Part shown: positions 10,514 through 17,879 of the stretch, in pieces | Numbering within the stretch: the stretch's first letter is position 1 | Layout: the number at the start of each line of letters is the position of its first letter | From: Ostreococcus tauri | Lineage: Eukaryota | Direction: 5' to 3' | Length of the DNA: 32,000 nt | Assembly: GCA_000214015.2 (NCBI GenBank) | Contig: CAID01000016.2 | Span: 206,794-238,793, forward strand | Translations under genes and position numbers: made by a program | Notes under the pieces: generated by a model | Database searches by the model: none | What the model saw: the letters and a program-made list of their open reading frames with translations, nothing else | Told to the model about the DNA's origin: nothing

Positions 10514-10711
10514 CGCGAGTTCGACGCCGGACGCGCGCGCTCGACGCCGTCGCCCGTCCGTCGCGCGCGCGCCCGTTCGACGCCGTCGCGGTCGCACCGA
10601 CACACGCGGTGACGCGTGGAATGTGTCCCACGACGGGACTCCAGCGCCAGCGCACCGTCACGCGTGCGCGACGTGAGTTCGACGCGCGTGGACGACGTCG
10701 CGCCGACGTCG

Positions 10712-11605
10712 ATGGCGCTTCGAACGATGGACCCCCGGACGACGTCGCGATCGCGATACCTCGGATTCGGGACGTGCGCGGCGGTGCGAGGGTGGACGAC
10801 GACGCGCGCGCGGGGCGGGACGTTGACGGCACGGGCGAAGAGTGCGTCGTCCGAGCTCAGGCTCGATCGAGGACGAGGACGGGACGGATGCGACGGACGA
10901 AGAAAGACGGAGGCGTTGGTGAGCGTCGATCTCGGACCGTCCGTGGTCTTGGGTTCGTCGCTCATGGTGAGCGCGGTGGCGCTGTATCAAGTGCGCGCGT
11001 CCAGACCCGAGGTGTCGAGGGACAAGGACGTCTTCTTTAGCTCCATAGGATTGCTCTGCGGCGGTATCTTGATCTTCCAGGGGTGGCGATTAGATCCTTT
11101 GATGCTATTCGGACAGCTCTTGACCACGGCGACGGCGGTGGCGTTCGCGACGGAGACAATTTCTCTACGACAAGAGCTCCTCAACGCCGAGGACGCGGGC
11201 AATTTAGGGGGACGACCGAGAGGTGGAAGGGGTCGATCCGGAAGAAGACCGCGACGAATGCAGTCGCTTCCGCCCGTGAGCGATCGAAACGTGGATTACG
11301 GCGCTAGGCGCGAGTATGGACGCGAAGATGCGGTGGACTTGGAGGCGAACGTGTACGACGCCTCCGCCGGGGTCGGCAATAATCGAGCCTCCTCTTCCGC
11401 GTACGGTGGACGAAGAGGCGCCATGGACGATCGCTACGACGACTATAACGACATTCAGGACGGTCTCGACGCGCTCGATGGTGATTTCGCAGACGAAGAG
11501 AGCCCGTATCGCGACGGTTTCCGAACCGCCACCGGTGAAACGCCGCCCGCGCCTCGACCGTCGACCGGAAAGAATTGGGAGAGCGACGATTGGGATTTCG
11601 AGTAG
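10712..11605 (+). CDS. ycf66: Ycf66-family membrane protein, nuclear-encoded, with Arg-rich N-terminal extension (possible plastid transit peptide)
   Basis: The track ORF starts at GTG 10616; the first ATG is at 10712. The core LGPSVVLGSSLMVSAVALYQVRASRPEVSRDKDVFFSSIGLLCGGILIFQGWRLDPLMLFGQLL matches my recollection of the Ycf66 N-terminal domain (YFLRSVRPE..RD.DIFFS.IGLLCGLIL.FQGWRLDP). The C-terminal tail is acidic/Arg-rich. Confidence 0.65.
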   Translation: MALRTMDPRTTSRSRYLGFGTCAAVRGWTTTRARGGTLTARAKSASSELRLDRGRGRDGCDGRRKTEALVSVDLGPSVVLGSSLMVSAVALYQVRASRPEVSRDKDVFFSSIGLLCGGILIFQGWRLDPLMLFGQLLTTATAVAFATETISLRQELLNAEDAGNLGGRPRGGRGRSGRRPRRMQSLPPVSDRNVDYGARREYGREDAVDLEANVYDASAGVGNNRASSSAYGGRRGAMDDRYDDYNDIQDGLDALDGDFADEESPYRDGFRTATGETPPAPRPSTGKNWESDDWDFE

Positions 11606-11902
11606 GCTCGTGAGCTCCCGGAACTTTGTTTGTGAATATGAAACAACCTTGTGCGTACTCTCGTTCCCACTCGCATCGACGTCGTCGTCGTCGTCGAGTC
11701 AAACCCTGGCTCGTTGCCGAGACATGCTTTGTCCATTCCCATCAACCCACAAAAAAACGACAACCAATGAAAACGCAGAGATCCTTGCAGATCGATCTTC
11801 TTATCTGAATTCGTCGAGTCATGAACCATCAAATAGTCCCTCCCATGACTCGTCCCATCCCAACCACCGCACAGCGCGAAGCGGGTGACGAGGCGGACCG
11901 CG

Positions 11903-13334
11903 ATGGGGACGGCGCCCAACCGTCTCTTCGATTCGAAGAACTTCCCGGCCGGGATGGGGGTGATGGTCGTTGACGACGACTTACTGTGCCTCAAAGTTGT
12001 GGAAAAGATGCTCAAGGCTTGTAAATATAGAGGTACGAAGGGACGGGACTGATTCAGTCGCGACGACGCGGGCATCGGACAATTGCGAGGGCGAACGCGC
12101 GCGTTTGAGTTGATTTGCGACGACGAGACACGCGATCGAGGTGAAGGATATATTTATCAAAGTTATCCCGCCGTGATCACGTCATGATCGTCGTCGCATC
12201 GAGCGAAAGCCCCCGAGACAAGGCACGCGATTTCCCTCCTCCAAGGGTCAGAGCCCGACAACCCTCGAGGGTTCAGGGGGGACTTTGGTGGATATCTATC
12301 TAAGCGAACACACGGCAGACTGACGTTGACGCGATTCGTTTCCATCGAACGCAGTCACCGCGTGCTCCACCGCGGAGTCCGCGCTCGCCATCTTGCGCAC
12401 GAGGAAGGATGAGTTCGACATCGTGCTGAGCGACGTGCACATGCCAGACGTGGATGGGTTCAAGCTGTTGGAAATAATTCAGTTCGAACTCAACCTGCCA
12501 GTGCTCATGATGAGCGCGAACTCAGATTCGAGCGTAGTACTGCGAGGGATCATTCACGGTGCCGTGGATTACCTCCTCAAACCGGTGCGAATCGAGGAGT
12601 TGAGAAATATTTGGCAACACGTCGTGCGACGCGATTACTCAGCGAGAAACTCCGGTTCTGAGGACGGGGTGAACCCATCGTCGCCGAGCAAGCGATTGAA
12701 GACGTCGGGTTCGGATTCGAAGAGCGAAGAGGTCGAGCGTGCGGCGAACGAAGCCGGCTCGAGCAAGGCGAGGAAGAAACCGGCGGGGAAGAAGGGTGCC
12801 AAGGGTAGTAAGGAGAAGGAGGCTGAGAGGAAAGGGGACGCCATCGACAGTTCAAAGAAGCCTCGAGTAGTGTGGAGCGCAGAGTTGCACACCCAGTTCG
12901 TCACGGCGGTGAATCAACTCGGCATTGATAAGGCGGTACCGAAACGCATCCTCGACCTCATGGGGATTCAAGGTCTGACGCGAGAGAACGTCGCCAGTCA
13001 CTTGCAAAAATATCGACTTTACTTGAAGCGCCTGCAAGGAAATGACTTGATGCGCAACGGGTCAAACGCCTCCTCAAGCGGCGGTGTCTCCCAAAGTCGA
13101 GCGAAAGAGCAGCCTATGACCATCAAGGGGAAGAATGTTAACCCTTTCTTGGATGACAACATATTCCGCGCCGATGATTTGGGCCTTCCAGGCGACCTGG
13201 GTAACATTGGTTACGATGCTTCGTTTGACCCGTCTCTGCTCGCGCCGCTGGATCTCGACAAGGTCGGCAAGAGCGACGTTCTCGGCGCCGATCCGTCGGA
13301 TAACATACTCAATTTCTTCTTCCAAGGAGATTAA
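11903..13334 (+). CDS. type-B ARR-like response regulator (receiver domain + GARP/Myb-like DNA-binding domain), 2 exons: 11903-12032 and 12355-13334
   Basis: Exon 1 translates to [43 protein letters not shown] and ends in phase 1 at a G|GTACGA donor. Exon 2 starts after CGCAG| and continues (V)[39 protein letters not shown], restoring a complete receiver domain. GARP domain: [36 protein letters not shown]...[14 protein letters not shown]. Stop TAA at 13332-13334. Confidence 0.85.
12033..12354 (+). other. spliceosomal intron (322 nt, GT-AG) of the ARR-B-like gene
   Basis: Removing it joins the two receiver-domain halves in frame. ACTGAC branch-like motif at 12319-12324, with its A 31 nt before the AG. 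Contains the 14-bp palindrome AACCCTCGAGGGTT at 12260-12273. Confidence 0.85.
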
Positions 13335-13431
13335 TTAGTCTAGCCATCTTATTCATATTCCGCACAGCACCAGCTCTTGTCGTCCCCCGTCGTCCCCCTC
13401 TGCCCCCGCCGGGTCAGCCACATTGTGCGGC

Positions 13432-15882
13432 ATGCGATCGGCGAGGGGTCAAGCGGTGTCGTCCTACCTCGCCTCGTCGCCTGTCATGACGCCTGTTGAC
13501 TGCGTTCGCGCGTTCGTGTCCTCCACGCCATCAAATTCGCGATGGAGAACCACGGAATATCAATCCTACGAGCCGTGCCGAGAAGATTTCCCACGATTCG
13601 CGCCGAATCGTCACCGACGCCGTGCGTCGAGATTAGCGATGCAGACGCACGCAATTGCGAACGATAAACCGACAATACACGTACTGACTTCGTATGCGGT
13701 AAGAGGGACGAAGGAAGACGGTGCACTTCCGTCATTACGCGTGGTCCCGCTCACGCTGAGCGACAACGAGGGGAAACCATGTGTGCAAGCGCTCTGGAGC
13801 GCGGTGCGTCTAATGAGAGAGGGAACCAATGTGCGAACGATGAGTGAGAGACCGTTCGAGGCAAACGGTGGTCGAGGCACGGAATTATTCGCGCAGGCGG
13901 GGACGCGGGATGAGGGTGAGGTGTTGAGATTTGGCGTCGCGACGACGAGCGCACGAGACTTGGCACTAAAGGCGCTCGGACGCGGATCAACGCGAGAGGT
14001 GATGGAGGGCACGCCGTTCGATCTCTTGCCGAGCTTTCCAGCGTTTGAAAAACGCGTGGCATACGCCGAAATTCTGAGGGAATCGCTGTACGAGCACGCG
14101 CTCAGAGTCTTTGAGGATATGTTTGACATTTCTCGAGTCGGGAGGAGCGGCATCATGCTCACCTCAAAGTTGGCACGCGGTTCATGGGCATGGACAGCCG
14201 TGAGCGACGCGGTGGCAGTTCTGGATCAGTACACGTTAGACGTCGAAATCGATGATGAGAACTCGGCACGCGTACTGTGCACGCTGGGACACGAGCTGCG
14301 CAGTCCTCTGAGTGTGCGCCAGATTCTCGACGATCCTTCGCTGATGGATTTACCAGAGGGCGCGGAAGTTGTCGCACTCGGTGGACCCCATCTCCAAGGG
14401 CAGCTGTCTTACGCCAACATCGGTGGTAAGAAGATTGGAGAGCCTAGAGAGGACTTGAAGGGTGATAGCTTGTTGAGTTACCACAGAAATAGGTACCCAG
14501 CGCGGATCGCGTTGTTGGAGCACGCCAGGGAGTCCGATGAATGCGTGCAGCTGGTGCAACCGGGGCGACCACCAGTGGCATATCCCGCCGAGCTCCTCTC
14601 GCCGGTGATCAAGTTGCACAATCTCGATGCCAACACCCGAGATGCCATCGCGAGCACGTGCGCCGGAATGCCCTCAGATTTACAGCGGCGAGTGACCGCC
14701 GTTCGATCCATGCTTGGTCAACCATTTGCGCCACTTATGAACTTGGACGAGAGGATGCAGCGGCTTGACAATCAGTTCGCTGTGTCATCGGGCGCTGATA
14801 CTCGACGAGGCTCTCTTGACACCGGCCCAGCGATAATGCCACTGTCATCTTCTCAAAGCTCCCCTCTACCTCCGTTGTACTTACTTTTAGGTAGGTCTAT
14901 GCAAGGTAGTGAAGCGGCTGTGAAGTACGTTGAGCATCTCGTCAAAGACGTCGAGTCCACTCTGATCGATTGGAATGCGAGTGAAGACGTCATTCGTGCG
15001 ATAAAATCCGACCTAGCGTCGGCTGAGATATCGTGGTACGATGATAAATCGATTGGATCGGCACGGAACGACTTGGCGCAGGCGTTTCGCGCGTCAAGGT
15101 CGGCGACATTTCTTATTCCACTCTCAACGCAGCTACCGTTCGTTGAGGCCAGCGCTCGGCAGGCGGGCTCAAGAGTATCGTATGCCTCGACTGTGCGATG
15201 GGCCGCAGATGATAATGACGCCAAGCGCATTTGTTTCGTTCTCATCGCTAGGCACGGGGGGCAAGCGACGGTGTGTAGGGACGCGATTGTACCTGAGGAC
15301 GCGTACGTCGTCGGTGCTGGCATGAAGCCCGGCTTGCCCATACTCGATGCGTTCGGTCGAGTCATCTCTCGGCAACACGGTGCTCCTTCGGGAGCGACGA
15401 TCACCAGCGCTGTGCGTACTTCGATCGATGCGGGATTGAAGAAGATTTCGGTTCATCATGCTGGAGAGTCCGATGAAGATGACATTCGAAGCGCCACAGA
15501 GTTGGCTCACGAGAATGACGTGTCCATGTTAAGCCTTGTGGACGTCCTCGAGCACGATTTCGGACGTGTCCTCGGATGGAACAAGGACACCGGCTCGGTG
15601 GTACAACCAGATCGAGGCTTTTGGTCGCCTCTGGGCTCGAACGACGCCGTTGCCGTCACCACCGGCATGGAATCCAATCTTGCGCGTGGCGTCGCCAGGC
15701 CTCTTCGCATCCGTCGCCGTCTAGGCGACGTTGACATCGCGAGCTCGGTGAATCAAATCTTCCGCCTGTGTTTCGTAGACACACACTTCTTAAAATCGGG
15801 CTCATCTTTTAGGTTACCTCTATCGCTTCGGTCGATCGATCCCAGCAGCATCGACGTCGTCTTGGTGAGACCTCCAAGGTGA
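13432..15882 (+). CDS. divergent Argonaute/PIWI-family-like protein (PAZ-like and PIWI-like regions; catalytic residues apparently substituted)
   Basis: The track ORF starts at TTG 13423; the first ATG is at 13432. PAZ-like region: SLLSYHRNRY...VAYPAELLSPV...MPSDLQRRVTAVRSML. MID-like region: FLIPLSTQLPFVEASARQAG...ICFVLIARHGGQ. PIWI-like region: AYVVGAGMKPG, KKISVHHAGESDEDD, RGVARPLRIRR, VNQIFRLCFVD..SFRLPLSLRS. The assignment is by eye against remembered Ago2 motifs only. Confidence 0.5.
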   Translation: MRSARGQAVSSYLASSPVMTPVDCVRAFVSSTPSNSRWRTTEYQSYEPCREDFPRFAPNRHRRRASRLAMQTHAIANDKPTIHVLTSYAVRGTKEDGALPSLRVVPLTLSDNEGKPCVQALWSAVRLMREGTNVRTMSERPFEANGGRGTELFAQAGTRDEGEVLRFGVATTSARDLALKALGRGSTREVMEGTPFDLLPSFPAFEKRVAYAEILRESLYEHALRVFEDMFDISRVGRSGIMLTSKLARGSWAWTAVSDAVAVLDQYTLDVEIDDENSARVLCTLGHELRSPLSVRQILDDPSLMDLPEGAEVVALGGPHLQGQLSYANIGGKKIGEPREDLKGDSLLSYHRNRYPARIALLEHARESDECVQLVQPGRPPVAYPAELLSPVIKLHNLDANTRDAIASTCAGMPSDLQRRVTAVRSMLGQPFAPLMNLDERMQRLDNQFAVSSGADTRRGSLDTGPAIMPLSSSQSSPLPPLYLLLGRSMQGSEAAVKYVEHLVKDVESTLIDWNASEDVIRAIKSDLASAEISWYDDKSIGSARNDLAQAFRASRSATFLIPLSTQLPFVEASARQAGSRVSYASTVRWAADDNDAKRICFVLIARHGGQATVCRDAIVPEDAYVVGAGMKPGLPILDAFGRVISRQHGAPSGATITSAVRTSIDAGLKKISVHHAGESDEDDIRSATELAHENDVSMLSLVDVLEHDFGRVLGWNKDTGSVVQPDRGFWSPLGSNDAVAVTTGMESNLARGVARPLRIRRRLGDVDIASSVNQIFRLCFVDTHFLKSGSSFRLPLSLRSIDPSSIDVVLVRPPR

Positions 15883-15956
15883 CTGACGGACGTTCATGTT
15901 TGAGCTTTTTCTGTTGTGAAATAAGATCTGCCGAGACGCCTCCACTCCCCGTCGTC

Positions 15957-17054
15957 ATGGACGCCAACGCGAGCGATGGCACCGGTAATCCATCGAATCA
16001 TCGAAACGTGACGTCTTCGATGCCTAAGATTAAGCTCAGAGTGAACGTGCCCGATCGCGACGACGCCTTGGACGAAGAAGGTTTCAATCGTCAGGTAGGA
16101 CGAAGAGCTGAACGGGGAGCGTTGGACGAACATCGAGGTCCGGTGCGTTCGAGATCGACGGTGCGAGACCCGGAGTCGAGATCGATGAGCGAACTCGGGG
16201 CGAGCATGTCTTTGGGGGAGGAGTGCGACGGAGAAGAGGTTGGAACGGGCGCACACGGCGGGTCGTTCGCGTCGCCGACGATGACAAAGAGACGAGGCGA
16301 GCGCGCATGCGGGGCGAGGAGTGGACCGACGAGCTCGACGACGAGCGGCGGCGACGGAACACCGATGAGCATCGAGCGAACGGCATCACCGGCGTCGAAG
16401 AGGGCGAGGATCGGTGACGATTGGGTGGAAGACGAGGTGCACCCATCTAAGGTTTGGGGCACTCCGGGGAGCGGTGGACGGATGATGTCCGAAGTCATGG
16501 CGTCGTCGATGTGGAGGTCTCTGAGCGTGGACGAGCATCAGTCGTCGTACGCGATCGGTGATTCGACGTGGGCGTCGACATCGATGTCCACATCACCCTC
16601 GATGAACGGATCGGAACGATCTCTGCTCAAACGAACGCTCAGTGGGACGTATTCCAATCACCCGGCGGTCGGGATGGACGCATCGATGCTTCCTCCTGGT
16701 GGACTTCCCGGAGGAGTGGTATCGGGCGGTAGTGGCGGCGGCAGCGGTGGTGGCGGCGCCTGTATTGCCAAATCACCGACTGGGGAGAGCGCCATGACGT
16801 TTAACTACGGGAAAGCGAACGGCGTGAATGGCGGCGGCGCGGCGGAGCTGTTCCATGGAAGCTTACCGCCGTCGTCACCATCCGATCCATCACCGCTTCA
16901 CGACCTACGTAAGGCGGCGCTAATGCGCTCGAGATTGTTAAAGGCATCGTCGTCGGCATCTTTACCTCCGAGAAGTCCGATCGCGACGGCGACCGATCCA
17001 CATGTACCAGTGCGGGTGGAGAACGGACTCGACAAGAACTGTGGCTCGATGTAA
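15957..17054 (+). CDS. hypothetical Ser/Gly-rich, probably disordered protein
   Basis: The track ORF starts at GTG 15879 and overlaps the upstream stop. The first ATG is at 15957 (MDANASDG...). Composition is low-complexity, with a Gly run GGSGGGSGGGG. No recognisable domain. The coding call rests on ORF length, strand context and a stop embedded in TGTAATAA. Confidence 0.4.
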   Translation: MDANASDGTGNPSNHRNVTSSMPKIKLRVNVPDRDDALDEEGFNRQVGRRAERGALDEHRGPVRSRSTVRDPESRSMSELGASMSLGEECDGEEVGTGAHGGSFASPTMTKRRGERACGARSGPTSSTTSGGDGTPMSIERTASPASKRARIGDDWVEDEVHPSKVWGTPGSGGRMMSEVMASSMWRSLSVDEHQSSYAIGDSTWASTSMSTSPSMNGSERSLLKRTLSGTYSNHPAVGMDASMLPPGGLPGGVVSGGSGGGSGGGGACIAKSPTGESAMTFNYGKANGVNGGGAAELFHGSLPPSSPSDPSPLHDLRKAALMRSRLLKASSSASLPPRSPIATATDPHVPVRVENGLDKNCGSM

Positions 17055-17171
17055 TAATCAGCGACTCGTCTATGATAATACGTGATGCACAAACTCGGAC
17101 GTACGGCACGTATATAGTCAGAATTTATTTAAACGGAGGTTAATACAAATAAAAATTTGATAGGCTTAAAA

Positions 17172-17227
17172 ATCGAGGGCTCGGCGTTCTCGCACGCGTG
17201 GCTTTTTGGAGCGGGCGCGAACTGGCG
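17172..17227. repeat. 56-bp element, identical copy at 23468-23523
   Basis: ATCGAGGGCTCGGCGTTCTCGCACGCGTGGCTTTTTGGAGCGGGCGCGAACTGGCG was compared base by base between the two sites: 56/56 identical. This copy is intergenic. Confidence 0.95.
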
Positions 17228-17250
17228 GTTACCGCGCGACGTCGCCGCTG

Positions 17251-17411
17251 GCGATCGATCGACGCACCGATCGATGTATCGATCGATCGCCAAAGGCATC
17301 GACCGATCGATCGCCAAAGACATCGACCGATCGATCGCCAAAGGCATCGACCGATCGATCGACCGATCGAATGTCCCGATCGATCGCCAAAGACATCGTG
17401 TACCGATCGAT
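17251..17411. repeat. 24-bp minisatellite, unit CGCCAAAGRCATCGACCGATCGAT
   Basis: Three clean units lie at 17288-17311, 17312-17335 and 17336-17359; units 1 and 3 are identical and unit 2 differs by G>A. Degenerate units flank them on both sides. Every unit ends in CGATCGAT. Confidence 0.9.
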
Positions 17412-17704
17412 GTCCGACGGTGAATCAATGACGTCACAAACTAGTACGGCGCCAGGCGATTCGCGATCGAGCGCGTGGAGATTTGGGGAGTCGATCGAGA
17501 CGAGGTGCTGAAGAAGCGTACTGAAATGGACGAGAAATCGAGATCGAGAGTCGACGAGAAACGCGGTATCGACGAGAAACGCGCCGACGCGCGGTTCATG
17601 ACCCAGTTCACGTCGGCAGCCGCGCGCGCGACGGATTCGGGGAGTCGATGAGAGACGTGCTTGTAATTCTATCCCGTCCGCGCCCCGCGGTCGTACCCGC
17701 CTCA

Positions 17705-17718
17705 CCCTAAACCCTAAA
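17705..17718 (+). repeat. interstitial plant-type telomere motif, (CCCTAAA)2; a third isolated CCCTAAA at 17764-17770
   Basis: Read directly from CACCCTAAACCCTAAACTT. An inverted pair CCCTA-GAAT-TAGGG follows at about 17733-17746. Confidence 0.9.
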
Positions 17719-17861
17719 CTTCGAACCCAATTCCCCTAGAATTAGGGTCTAGAACACAAAATACCCTAAAAGTCGAGGAACGCCACCGGCGAGCGGCACA
17801 CCCCGCCGCGATGCGTCCGGTGGCGACGCGTCGCGGCGGGGGGCGACGCGATGCGGACGCG

Positions 17862-17879
17862 AAAAAAAAAAAAAAAAAA
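17862..17879. repeat. A18 homopolymer (T18 on the minus strand) flanked by 14-bp direct repeats
   Basis: 18 consecutive A by count. GCGACGCGATGCGG occurs at 17843-17856 and again at 17881-17894. Confidence 0.9.

Noticed and set aside
12163-12345. A 60-aa minus-strand ORF, and other short ORFs between 11455 and 12345.
   Set aside because: It lies entirely within the ARR-B intron or 5' region, has no motif, and is displaced by the well-supported two-exon receiver-domain model.
17251-17411. The regular 24-bp repeats could be read as a CRISPR-like array.
   Set aside because: The units are directly adjacent with no unique spacers, and the context is a eukaryotic nuclear genome with spliceosomal introns. 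It is a minisatellite.
17157-17705. ORFs running through the repeat cluster on both strands (17157-17423, 17198-17431 and 17206-17511 on +, 17229-17705 on -), with IDRS/AKG peptide repeats.
   Set aside because: Several frames across both strands stay open because of the repeat periodicity (24 nt is 8 codons). There is no domain-like sequence. The only protein-like stretch is the 56-bp element shared with 23468-23523.
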